64,000 nt of DNA from assembly GCA_030145325.1 (NCBI GenBank), contig JAQYVW010000004.1:24060-88059 (forward strand), given 5' to 3'. Below, in pieces: positions 8,532 through 17,155 of this stretch. Below the pieces are notes generated by a model. It was not told where the DNA came from, did not search any database, and saw only the letters and a program-made list of their open reading frames with translations. Source of the DNA: Desulfurivibrionaceae bacterium. GTDB taxonomy: Bacteria; Desulfobacterota; Desulfobulbia; Desulfobulbales; UBA5123. Each line of letters begins with the position of its first letter. Within the stretch, counting starts at the first letter, position 1. The position numbers and the translations under genes are program-made.

Positions 8532-9869
8532 ATGCCTTGGCAGAAAGTTAAAACTATTCTGAAGAAGTCTCTGTCTGCAAGCGTGTATGCGTTGTGGCTT
8601 GAACCCATTCGTGGAGTTCAGGCAGATGATACTCTGCTCGAGCTCATCTGCCCGGATCAGTTCTTCGCTTCATGGGTTAGCGAGCATTACCTGCCCTTGA
8701 TTCAAGAAAGTCTGGCTCTTGCTGGTCACAGCGGGATTACCGCTCGCTGCGCGTTGCGCCCCAATAATAATCAGGCAATTATTGCCAATGATAGTGGCGC
8801 GCAGTTGCGTCTGCCTTGTGTTCCCGAGCAGCAGCGCTCCACCATCCGGACCTTGCATCCTCGTTATACCTTCGACGAATTCATGGTTGGTGACAGCAAC
8901 GCCATGGCTCATTCCGCCTGTAGCAGCCTGGCTGGTGGTGATACCTCCTTGGGGCGTTGTCTCTATATAGATGCGGGCACCGGCCTGGGCAAAAGCCATC
9001 TCACCCACGCCGTGGCGCACCATGTCACCACCCATACGCCCTCTCTTCGTCTCCAGTATCTCACGGCTCAGCAACTGACCAGTGAAATGGTACGGGCCAT
9101 TAAGGGCAATACCATGGAGCAGTTTAAGGACAAATTTCAAAAACATTGCGATATGTTGTTGATTGAGGATGTGCAGGCTCTCTCCGGTCGGGTCAAGACC
9201 CAGAACGAGCTTGCTGACGCCTTTGATATCCTGATGGAGAGTGGTAAAACCATCGTCCTAACCGGTGGGGTGGCGCCACGGGATATCCCCAATATTGATG
9301 AGGGGATTCGATCCCGGTTTTCTTCCGGGTTGGTGACCTCCATAAACTCACCGGATCTGCATACCCGGGTGATTATCCTCAAACGCAAGGCGCAAAATAA
9401 GGATCTTGCCCTGGACGACGAATTGATCATCTACCTGGCAGAAAGTATCCGTGGTGATGTCCGGCAGTTGGAGAGTGCGGTGATTGGCCTCAAGGCTAAA
9501 TCATGCTTGATGAAGACCCCTCCCGATATGACCATGGCCAAGGAGGTGGTTCGTAATCTCATTGGTCATCAGGTAGAGTTGTCAGCCGAGTCGGTGCGGG
9601 ATTTTGTGGCCCGGCAGTTCAAGGTGGCGGTTAGTGACCTGCGCTCCAAGTCTCGTAAAAAGTCCATCACCTTTCCTCGCCAGGTGGCGATGTACCTCGC
9701 TCGCAAGCATACTGAGCAGGCCTTGAGTGATATCGGTGGTGCTTTTAACCGTGATCACTCCACTGTGGTTCATTCGGTGCGGGTGATCAGCGAGGGGGTT
9801 ACCCGCAACGGCAGTATTCGCGGGCAGCTGGAGCATCTTTCCGATAAGTTGAAAAAAGAGTTGTTGTAG
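8532..9869 (+). CDS. dnaA: chromosomal replication initiator protein DnaA
   Basis: 445 aa. Walker A GTGLGKSHL, Walker B LLIEDVQ, sensor/arginine-finger region, and a C-terminal DNA-binding helix region (VAMYLARKHT...DHSTVVHS). Confidence 0.95.
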   Translation: MPWQKVKTILKKSLSASVYALWLEPIRGVQADDTLLELICPDQFFASWVSEHYLPLIQESLALAGHSGITARCALRPNNNQAIIANDSGAQLRLPCVPEQQRSTIRTLHPRYTFDEFMVGDSNAMAHSACSSLAGGDTSLGRCLYIDAGTGLGKSHLTHAVAHHVTTHTPSLRLQYLTAQQLTSEMVRAIKGNTMEQFKDKFQKHCDMLLIEDVQALSGRVKTQNELADAFDILMESGKTIVLTGGVAPRDIPNIDEGIRSRFSSGLVTSINSPDLHTRVIILKRKAQNKDLALDDELIIYLAESIRGDVRQLESAVIGLKAKSCLMKTPPDMTMAKEVVRNLIGHQVELSAESVRDFVARQFKVAVSDLRSKSRKKSITFPRQVAMYLARKHTEQALSDIGGAFNRDHSTVVHSVRVISEGVTRNGSIRGQLEHLSDKLKKELL

Positions 9870-9894
9870 CCGCCAAAGGGTTGACCTTACGCAT

Positions 9895-9938
9895 AAAAAA
9901 GGCCGTTACCGGGCATTGCCTCGGTGAACGGCCTTTTT
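9895..9938. terminator. bidirectional rho-independent terminator between the convergent dnaA and hemY-like genes
   Basis: AAAAAA-GGCCGTT(9901-9907)...AACGGCC(9927-9933)-TTTTT. Confidence 0.7.
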
Positions 9939-9956
9939 CTGTGGGGGGCAGATGGC

Positions 9957-11336
9957 TCAGAAATAAACCGGTTTTACCGGGGCTTCTTCTTGTTGTCCTT
10001 TGTTGCCGGCGAGAATGGTGGTTGCCGTTTTTTTCGCGGCCTTGATCATGTCGTTCATGCCGATGCCGTCCCAGCCGAAGCCGTTAAGGTGCAGGCCTGG
10101 ATGCTCCTGTTCACAAAGGTGTCGCCAGTCTAAGAGCTGCAGATGCCCCCCGACCTCCATCTGCGGAATGCCCCCGCTGGGGCGCAGTACCTTGCTAAAA
10201 CATGGTGGTTCGTTAAGGGGGAGGAGTTCTCCTAAGTCGGCGAGAATCTTGGCGATGAGTTCGTCGTCGTTAAGTTCCAGCCGCTCGGGGTGACGGCGAC
10301 CGCCCACCAGGACTTCAATGAGCACCTTGCCCTCAGGGGCGCGCCCTGGGAACATGTGGGTTGAGAACATTGCTCCCAGGGCGAAGCGGTTTTCTCGTTC
10401 CGGGGCAAGATAGCCGAAGCCATAGGGGATTTTTACCTGCTTGGAAAAGCCCAGCAGAACGTTGACGATTTTCGCTTCCGGAACCTTAGTTGCCGGTGGT
10501 GGGATGAGTGGGGTCAGGAGGGGTAAGGCGCCGTTGATGGGCAGGGCCACGATGAGGGTCGGGGTGGTGAAGACCTTGTCGTTGCTCTCCAGTCGCCATT
10601 GTCCGTGCTGGTGACTGATCCCGCGGACCTTACTCTCGGTCTGCAGCGGCATCTCTTTGACCAGGGTGTGGATTAAGTGTTCCATCCCTTGGGGGAAACT
10701 AAGCATGGAGGGTAAGTGGCCGGTTTTTTTGTTCCCTGGCGCCTTTTTTTTGCGGCGGAGGCCGCGCAGTAGTGAGCCAGCCTCTTTTTCAAGATTTCGT
10801 ACCCCCGGCATCACCGCGTCCATACTGAGCCGTTGGTAATCACCGGCAAAGGTGCCGGTGACCGCAGCATCCACCAGCGGTAGCACCTCGCGGCCAAACC
10901 GATGTGCGGCCCATTGGCCGATATTCTGTTCGCTAAGCACCGGTTTTTTCCACAGGTCAGCCAGCAAGCGCAATTTGCCCAGTGGCGAGAGGAGAGGGGT
11001 GGAGATAAGTTGTTGTGGGCTCTGTGGCAGGGCTACCAGTTGCCCCCGGTGGCAGACATAGCGAAGGAATTTTCCCAGAGGGGCACGTTGCGCTTGTTTG
11101 TCCAGGCCCAGGTCATGGAGAAGTTCCCGGCTTTCGGGATTGTTATCCAAGAAGCCATGTGGCCCCCATTCGCCAAGAAATCCTTCATTCTTAAAGGAAC
11201 GCACTGCCCCGCCTGGTCGTTTGCCGCCTTCCAGGATGAGCAGGTCGAGATTCGGTTCTTGTTTGCGAAGAAAATGGGCGGTGGCTAGGCCGGAGAGGCC
11301 GCCGCCGATAATGATCACCTGATGGTTTTCTGCCAT
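9957..11336 (-). CDS. hemY: protoporphyrinogen/coproporphyrinogen oxidase-family FAD-dependent oxidoreductase (HemY-like)
   Basis: ORF 9957..11396 trimmed to the ATG at 11336 (MAENHQVIIIGGGLSGLATAHFL dinucleotide-binding motif, then GGAVRS...GPHGFL). Length of about 460 aa is typical of HemY-type oxidases. Confidence 0.7.
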   Translation of the reverse strand: MAENHQVIIIGGGLSGLATAHFLRKQEPNLDLLILEGGKRPGGAVRSFKNEGFLGEWGPHGFLDNNPESRELLHDLGLDKQAQRAPLGKFLRYVCHRGQLVALPQSPQQLISTPLLSPLGKLRLLADLWKKPVLSEQNIGQWAAHRFGREVLPLVDAAVTGTFAGDYQRLSMDAVMPGVRNLEKEAGSLLRGLRRKKKAPGNKKTGHLPSMLSFPQGMEHLIHTLVKEMPLQTESKVRGISHQHGQWRLESNDKVFTTPTLIVALPINGALPLLTPLIPPPATKVPEAKIVNVLLGFSKQVKIPYGFGYLAPERENRFALGAMFSTHMFPGRAPEGKVLIEVLVGGRRHPERLELNDDELIAKILADLGELLPLNEPPCFSKVLRPSGGIPQMEVGGHLQLLDWRHLCEQEHPGLHLNGFGWDGIGMNDMIKAAKKTATTILAGNKGQQEEAPVKPVYF

Positions 11337-11358
11337 TGTTGATGTCCTTAGGGGTTGC

Positions 11359-12018
11359 TTAAGTTCTGTTTTTAAGCTGGGCGGTGAGGGTGTCACCGTC
11401 GAATTCGATCTCGATCCAGCCGCCCTGGCTGATCATGCCGGGGTTGATGATGGTGGTGCCACCGATGCGGTCAATACTCTTGGCCTCGTGGATGTGGCCG
11501 GTGAGGCAGAGGGCCGGTTGCTGTTCTTCAATAAAGGCGCGGATGGCTTGGCTGCCCACATGGCTGTGGTTAGGCAAGCGGTCGCAGTTGGTGCCATATG
11601 GCGGAGCGTGGCTGACCAAGATATGGTGGTCGGCGGCGGCGACTTTACTAAACCCTTGCTTGAGAAGGATTGTTATCTCTGGCTCGGAAAACTCATTGGG
11701 GGTTTTAAACGGGGTCGGGTTGGAGCCGCCTACTCCGAAAATGCCGAGATTGTTGAGCGTGGTGCCGGTGCCGTGCAGGCTGATCCCTTGGTTGTGAAGA
11801 TACTTGTTCACTTCCGGTCGGTCAAGGTTGCCGGCCAGGGCGAGAATATTGCTATTGAGCGTGCCGACACTTTGCAACACCTGGGCGGCATCATCGTCGC
11901 CGCCAAAGTTGGTAAGGTCGCCGCTAAGCAGAATAAGGTCTGCGCTCTTGATCCCGGGCACTGTGGTCAAGTTTCCCGGATTCATATGGATGTCGCCGAA
12001 GGCAATTATTCGCATCAT
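11359..12018 (-). CDS. metallophosphoesterase (calcineurin-like)
   Basis: 219 aa. GDIH, SGDLTNFG, GNLD and GHIH metal-ligand motifs in canonical order. Confidence 0.8.
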   Translation of the reverse strand: MMRIIAFGDIHMNPGNLTTVPGIKSADLILLSGDLTNFGGDDDAAQVLQSVGTLNSNILALAGNLDRPEVNKYLHNQGISLHGTGTTLNNLGIFGVGGSNPTPFKTPNEFSEPEITILLKQGFSKVAAADHHILVSHAPPYGTNCDRLPNHSHVGSQAIRAFIEEQQPALCLTGHIHEAKSIDRIGGTTIINPGMISQGGWIEIEFDGDTLTAQLKNRT

Positions 12019-12217
12019 TTCGCAGGGGGCTCGTGTTTGTGAGATTCTTTGCCAATTATTTCCGCGAGTTTATCAGAATTTTGGTGGTGACGACAGAGAA
12101 AAGATATTGCGTTGTTCGGTACTATTTGCCATAAAGATACGGAGTCGGGTAACTGCCTCCCGTTTAGTTTTTGTTGTTTGTCGGTGAAGTTTCGCCGGGA
12201 AGTTTTAAGGATGAGTT

Positions 12218-12910
12218 ATGACCACCGTGTTGCCAGAGAAACCGCGAGTATTGGTGCTGTACTATTCTTTCAGCGGTCAGACCATTGGTCTTTTGCACCG
12301 ATTGACAGATGGTTTGCGCTTCCGTGGCGCCGAGGTGGTCATGGAAAGGTTGCGGCCATCCGATTCCCGCCGTTTTCCGGTGGGAACCTATGTGGCCACC
12401 ATGCGGATGATGGTGACCACCTGCTTTCGGCCCCGGGTTGCCATTGAGGAGTTGTCGCCAGCTACCCATGGTCATTTTGATTTGGTTATCCTGGCCGGCC
12501 CTACCTGGTCATATAATCCAAGCGGGCCAGTGCTTTCCTTCCTTGATCGCGATGGCGAGACCATGCTGGCTCAACGTAAGGTCTTGCCGATTATCTCCTG
12601 CCGGGGCTACTGGCGTTGGCATTGGTTCGGTCTGCGCAAGATGCTGCGCGCGTGCCATGCCGAGATTGTCAATCTGATGGTGTTCACCCATCCGCAACCT
12701 GAGCCGTGGCGAACCCTGGGGGTTTTTCTGAAGATCGCCGGGAAGGCTCCGGAGCGGTCGCCGTTTCTAAAGAGATGGTACAGTCGTTTCGGCCATGGTC
12801 GTGATCAGCAGGAAGAAGCGTGGCGTTTTGGCCTTGATCTCGGCCAAGCCCTCAAGCGGGGCGAAGATCTCGCCGAGCTTGATTTTCGCACCCCCACCGC
12901 CATGCCCTAA
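12218..12910 (+). CDS. flavodoxin-like fold protein (function unknown)
   Basis: 230 aa. N-terminal VLVLYYSFSGQT resembles a flavodoxin FMN-phosphate loop. The rest was not recognised. Confidence 0.45.
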   Translation: MTTVLPEKPRVLVLYYSFSGQTIGLLHRLTDGLRFRGAEVVMERLRPSDSRRFPVGTYVATMRMMVTTCFRPRVAIEELSPATHGHFDLVILAGPTWSYNPSGPVLSFLDRDGETMLAQRKVLPIISCRGYWRWHWFGLRKMLRACHAEIVNLMVFTHPQPEPWRTLGVFLKIAGKAPERSPFLKRWYSRFGHGRDQQEEAWRFGLDLGQALKRGEDLAELDFRTPTAMP

Positions 12911-12924
12911 AGGGTGTTTCTTTT

Positions 12925-13449
12925 CTAGAACTCAACCCCTTTCTGAGCCTTGATGCCGTTTTCATACGGATGTTTGATGGCCCGCATCTCGGTGGCCAGA
13001 TCTGCCGCCTGGATGATCCCGGTACTGGCTCCCCGGCCTGTGATCACCACATGCTGGTGGGCGGGTCGTTTTTGCAGGAGGTCGATCACCTCTAACTCCT
13101 CCACGATCCCATAGTTGACCAGATAGGTAAGTTCGTCCAACACCACCAGGTCGAAGCCATCGCTTAAGATGGTTTCCCGCGCAAACTCCCACGCCCTGCG
13201 GCCCGCCTCCCGTACCGATGACTCTTCTTCCTTCCAGGTGAAGCCGGTGCCCAGGGTATGAAACTCTACCATTTCGGTGAGATGATTCTGCGCTGCCAGT
13301 GCCTCGCCGGTTTCCCACTTCCCCTTGATAAACTGAATGATGCAGATCTTAAGCCCGTGACCAGCGGCGCGCACCGCCTGGCCCAAAGCAGCGGTGGTTT
13401 TGCCCTTGCCGTCGCCGGTATAGAGGATAACGAGACCTTGGTTGCTCAT
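12925..13449 (-). CDS. cobO: cob(I)yrinic acid a,c-diamide adenosyltransferase
   Basis: ORF trimmed to the ATG at 13449 (MSNQGLVILYTGDGKGKTTAALG P-loop). LVVLDELTY and VVITGRG blocks typical of CobO/BtuR. Confidence 0.85.
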   Translation of the reverse strand: MSNQGLVILYTGDGKGKTTAALGQAVRAAGHGLKICIIQFIKGKWETGEALAAQNHLTEMVEFHTLGTGFTWKEEESSVREAGRRAWEFARETILSDGFDLVVLDELTYLVNYGIVEELEVIDLLQKRPAHQHVVITGRGASTGIIQAADLATEMRAIKHPYENGIKAQKGVEF

Positions 13450-13597
13450 GGGGGATGTCCTTAAACGAGAGTGAGATTGCCCTGGAAAATTGCGAAAAGT
13501 TCCTGGCAAAGGGTAGCCGTTGTCGATTGAAAACGGTAGAGTAACACGCGTCGGGTAATATTTGCAGCAGGTTTTCGATGAGGGAAAGCACTTGCCT

Positions 13598-13754
13598 TGA
13601 CCACCCTCACCCCGGCCCTCTCCCTGGGGGCGAAGGCCGGGGTGAGGGTGGTCTTTTGGGGGTTGGTGGAGTTTGGGAAGTCTGCCCGAAGCGGGAAAGT
13701 GTTGCGCTCTGGAGTCCCCTCTCCATCAGGGAGAGGGCCAGGGTGAGGGTGGTG
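13598..13754. repeat. GC-rich REP-like element (left border of the island)
   Basis: CCACCCTCACCCCGGCC (13601-13617) pairs with GGCCGGGGTGAGGGTGG (13635-13651). A second GGGAGAGGGCCAGGGTGAGGGTGG arm lies at about 13729-13752. The same motif family recurs at 20657 and 21253. Confidence 0.75.
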
Positions 13755-13799
13755 TCGGTGTTGGGTTGAGCTTTACGCTGTGCATCAATATAAGGAGAT

Positions 13800-16736
13800 A
13801 TGTCGATGGTAGGTGAATTTGCAATTTTTTGGAGTACTCTGCCGCCGGATTTTCGGAATCTGGTTGTTTCTACAGCGGCAAGTCTGGCGGCTGGGTTTCT
13901 TGGTAATAAACAGCCTGAGCTGCTTAAGCCGATGGGGGTGGCCTTCGAAAAGGGTCTACAGGCTTTCCTAGCTTCGTTGGGACAACCCTTCGTCGGTTCC
14001 TTTGGTGAACGCATAGTCCGAGATGTCGAAATAGTCACTTTACTGCGGGAGACCATGAAGGCACCATCCATGGCTGATCATGGGCAAAGGATTAAACAGC
14101 GGCTGGGTGCTTTGGGGGTTGATGGGGCCGTTCTTGCAAGCCTTGATGTTGATCAAGCTGTACGGGAGTTTGTTGAACGGGTCATGGATGAGGTGCGGTA
14201 TGTTCCGGAGTTGTTGCCCCTCCTGCAACTTGAGCGAATGGAGGAATTGATTTGCCTTACGAAAGGCATGCCGCCTGACTTGAGCCGTCTTCAAGAAGAG
14301 TATTTTGGTTGGCTGCGCAACACTTATGGTCGGATCAGGTTCAAGGGATTGAGTAAAAATCCCTTCACTCTGCCCCTGTCCGGGATGTATACCGCACTTA
14401 ATTTGACCGAGGAACGCCATGGCAAAGAAAAAGATGGTGCGGTTGACGATGAGGAAAGTGCTCAGCTTGCTGGGCGCGAAGGGGCAACGAGTTCTATCTC
14501 TTTGGGGGATCTTATTGCGGCGCGCTTTGTTGCCATAACCGGTGGCCCCGGAGCTGGGAAAAGTACGATCTTACGTTACATCGCCCTTGCCTTTGCCGAG
14601 AATGATGCTCAAGAACGGTTGGGTGTTGCCGAGGATCTCTTTCCTGTTCTCTTGCCCGTGTCCGCCTACGCAGAATTTCTTCGAAATGGTGATTCCGTCG
14701 GGGCGGCTCGTTGTTCGTTGCGTGACTTCTTTTCTCTCTATTTTCGTCGCCGGGGACTGCCGGATTTGGAGCCGCTTATCTGCCATGTCGCTCAGCAGGG
14801 TCGGGCGCTTTTTTTGCTTGATGGTCTTGACGAGGTTATTGACGACGGAGAGCGGGCGCGGATCGTGGATGCGGTGCGCGACTGCATGATTGCTGACCAC
14901 GAGGTAGAAAATAGGTATATCATCACCTGTCGAACCGCAAGTTATAACGGTACCAGCCGTTTTGAGCCCTTTGCCGGTCAAGAGTTCCGCCATTGTTTGG
15001 TGCAGCCTTTCGAATTGGCGCAGATCAGCCGTTTTCTCTGGACTTGGTATCATTGGTATGAAACGGAGGTTAATCGAAAGAGGGATGGTGTTGATGAGAA
15101 TGCTGAGCGGTACCGGCAGCGGATGGTTGAGGTCATTGAGCTTGATCGCAATATCTTCGCCATTGCCAGAACCCCGCTCCTTCTTACAATCTTGGTCTTG
15201 ATCGAACAGGAGGGCAACACCCTGCCGAGGAACAGGGCTGAACTGTATGGCAAATGCCTTACCTTACTGGCAGGAGCTTGGGAAGGTATTCGTAGCGAAC
15301 ATGCCCGTGCGGCGGATCGGGAGTATCGGTTGGGGGATTTGCGTATTGACGATGACATGATCGTTGAGATGCTTGGCCCGGTGGCCTTGTCCATGCACCG
15401 CCGTTCTGCCCCTAATATCGGCCATGGTGAGTTGAAGCGGCAGTTTGCCGGGATTTTGGATGAAACCAACCGGAATATGCGCCTATCGCGGCAACAGGCA
15501 GATGATTTTTTGGCCATCTTGGGTCGTCGGAGCGGTATTTTGCAGGAGGTTGCGCCGGGAGTCTATGATTTCATGCATCAAACCTTTCGTGAATATTTGA
15601 TCGCTCGTTATCTGGCCGATGTGGCCGAGGATTATCTAGAGCTGTTGGAGGAGGTACTCCTTAAGGCGGAGTGGCGGGAGGTGGTATTTCTGTTTGTCTC
15701 TTCCCTGAATAAGCGTGACGCTTCAAAATTTGTTGAGCAAATCATGCAACGTCTCGATGCTGGGGTCGCAAATTTAGTTTTGGCTGGTGATATTGTCGTT
15801 GATGTGGGGCCAGAGAAAATAGCACCAAAGGTAGTGGCAGAGTTGATTGTCCGGCTGCGAGATGCACAGGGGGGTGATTGCTCGATGAAGGAGAAGGTGA
15901 GTGTGGCCGAGAGTTTGGGTTGGCTTGGCGTTCATCAAGGGGTTGCCAATATCCGGGAATGTTTTGTTGCCATTGACGGTGGGGAGTACGATCTTAAGGA
16001 GGTGGGTACCGTAACCCTGGATTCTTTTGAGGTTTGCCGTTATCCGGTGATTAACTTGTGGTTTGAAGATTTTGTCCGTGGCAACGACTACGGTCATGAG
16101 GGGTATTGGTCTGCAGAAGGTCGGAAGTGGTTGGCGTATACCAAGGTTGTGGCGCCGCGATTCTGGAATGAGCGGAGATATCGTTGTCCTACCTCGCCGG
16201 TGGTCGGGGTTTGCTGGTATGAAGCCGATGCCTTTTGTCGGTGGTTGACTGCTACTGATAAGGAGGGGTATCTCTATCGATTGTTGACCGAGGAGGAATG
16301 GCAGGCTGTTGCTGCCGGGAGAACGCAGCGGCTCTATCCTTGGGGGGGAGGAGAAGGGGAGGTGTCGAGTAATACAAGTGAAGCGAAGGTTGGTCGGATC
16401 TCGCCGGTGGGTGTTTTTTCTTTGGGGAATACCCCGGAATTTGCAATCAGTGATCTTGGCGGTAATGTTTGGGAGTGGACAAGCTCTGATTATCATCGAA
16501 GGGAGCAGCAAGGTGATTTTTTATTCGATGAGAAGTTGCAGAGGTTTTATGAAGAAGGGGATTGGGGGAGATATGTAAAAGAAATGGAAAACAAAGAAAG
16601 GGGGGTGCCTGTTTTGCGCGGCGGCTCGTGGTTCAATGATCGTGGTTTTGCCCGCTGCGCCGCCCGCCTCAGGGGCCTCCCGAACGACCGGTTCCACAGA
16701 CTGGGTTTTCGTTGCGCCAGGACTTTATTAAGATAG
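13800..16736 (+). CDS. DGR target 1: NACHT (STAND/NLR-like) NTPase with C-terminal FGE-sulfatase / C-type-lectin-fold domain carrying VR1
   Basis: 978 aa. AAGGAG Shine-Dalgarno before the ATG. Walker A ITGGPGAGKST, Walker B ALFLLDGLDEV (NACHT hhhhDGLDE). C-terminal FGE motifs (PVVGVCWYEADAFCRWL, YRLLTEEEWQ, GNVWEWTSSDY, RGGSWFNDRGFARCAARLR...GFRCAR). Confidence 0.9.
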   Translation: MSMVGEFAIFWSTLPPDFRNLVVSTAASLAAGFLGNKQPELLKPMGVAFEKGLQAFLASLGQPFVGSFGERIVRDVEIVTLLRETMKAPSMADHGQRIKQRLGALGVDGAVLASLDVDQAVREFVERVMDEVRYVPELLPLLQLERMEELICLTKGMPPDLSRLQEEYFGWLRNTYGRIRFKGLSKNPFTLPLSGMYTALNLTEERHGKEKDGAVDDEESAQLAGREGATSSISLGDLIAARFVAITGGPGAGKSTILRYIALAFAENDAQERLGVAEDLFPVLLPVSAYAEFLRNGDSVGAARCSLRDFFSLYFRRRGLPDLEPLICHVAQQGRALFLLDGLDEVIDDGERARIVDAVRDCMIADHEVENRYIITCRTASYNGTSRFEPFAGQEFRHCLVQPFELAQISRFLWTWYHWYETEVNRKRDGVDENAERYRQRMVEVIELDRNIFAIARTPLLLTILVLIEQEGNTLPRNRAELYGKCLTLLAGAWEGIRSEHARAADREYRLGDLRIDDDMIVEMLGPVALSMHRRSAPNIGHGELKRQFAGILDETNRNMRLSRQQADDFLAILGRRSGILQEVAPGVYDFMHQTFREYLIARYLADVAEDYLELLEEVLLKAEWREVVFLFVSSLNKRDASKFVEQIMQRLDAGVANLVLAGDIVVDVGPEKIAPKVVAELIVRLRDAQGGDCSMKEKVSVAESLGWLGVHQGVANIRECFVAIDGGEYDLKEVGTVTLDSFEVCRYPVINLWFEDFVRGNDYGHEGYWSAEGRKWLAYTKVVAPRFWNERRYRCPTSPVVGVCWYEADAFCRWLTATDKEGYLYRLLTEEEWQAVAAGRTQRLYPWGGGEGEVSSNTSEAKVGRISPVGVFSLGNTPEFAISDLGGNVWEWTSSDYHRREQQGDFLFDEKLQRFYEEGDWGRYVKEMENKERGVPVLRGGSWFNDRGFARCAARLRGLPNDRFHRLGFRCARTLLR
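16618..16730 (+). other. VR1 (variable repeat) at the 3' end of target 1
   Basis: 113 nt collinear with TR 18210-18322. 14 mismatches, all at TR adenines (AAC>TTC, AAC>CTC, AAC>GGC, CAC>CTC, AAC>GAC, AAC>TTC, AAA>AGA, ATA>TTA, AAA>TTA). Confidence 0.9.
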
Positions 16737-16795
16737 CCCTTTATTCTTTTACCCTTTTACTCTTTGTCCGCCGCAGGCGGGCGCGAATTTTTTTT
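16734..16795 (+). promoter_or_regulatory. conserved post-VR element plus GC hairpin and T-run (candidate DGR homing cis-element and/or terminator)
   Basis: TAGCCCTTTATTCTTTTACCCTTTTACTCT (16734-16763) is 28/30 identical to 20581-20610 after VR2. Followed by the hairpin GTCCGCC-GCA-GGCGGGC (16766-16782) and T8 (16788-16795). Confidence 0.6.
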
Positions 16796-16807
16796 GAGAA
16801 TGTGAGT

Positions 16808-17155
16808 ATGGCAAGCGAAGTCGACGCGGTTACCAAGCTCTATGACTACCTGCTCTGGCTGGTGCCCAAGCTGGAGAAATTTCCCCGCCAACAGAAATTT
16901 CTCATTGGTGACCGTTTGGAGACCCTACTCCTCGACATCCTTGATCTGCTGGTGGAGGCGGCATATACCCGCAATAAGGCAGCCTTGCTGCAACGGGCCA
17001 ACATCAAGCTTGAGCAGCTTCGCTATCTGATCCGGCTGGCCAAGGATCTCAAACTACTGTCGTTGAACAGTTACGAATTTTCCGCCCGGGCCATTGATGG
17101 GATTGGCACCTCGGTTGGCGGCTGGCTCAGGTATGCACGACATGAAAAGTTATAA
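16808..17155 (+). CDS. avd: DGR accessory variability determinant (Avd; four-helix-bundle protein)
   Basis: 115 aa from the internal ATG of ORF 16712..17155. KLYDYLLWLVPKLEKFPRQQKFLIGDRLETLLLDILDLLVEAAY...LRYLIRLAKDLKLLS matches the Avd/four-helix-bundle pattern. Overlaps the RT start by 14 nt. Confidence 0.85.
   Translation: MASEVDAVTKLYDYLLWLVPKLEKFPRQQKFLIGDRLETLLLDILDLLVEAAYTRNKAALLQRANIKLEQLRYLIRLAKDLKLLSLNSYEFSARAIDGIGTSVGGWLRYARHEKL

Noticed and set aside
13450-13597. Cobalamin riboswitch upstream of cobO.
   Set aside because: Reading the minus strand, I could not find a B12-box-like AGYCMGGAGACCKGCC element or the conserved GGTGCC/GAAGCC stems. The leader is only about 150 nt and abuts the repeat.
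13578-14071. ORFs 13578..13769 (+) and 13607..14071 (-) encoding Pro/Gly/Ser-rich peptides (HPHPGPLPGGEGRGEG...).
   Set aside because: They are translations of the GC-rich REP-like inverted repeat. They have no start context, low complexity, and overlap the start of the well-supported NACHT gene.
17094-17141. Upstream extension of the RT ORF (MMGLAPRLAAGSGMHD).
   Set aside because: It lies inside the Avd coding region. The conserved RT N-terminus begins at MKSYNHLF (ATG 17142).
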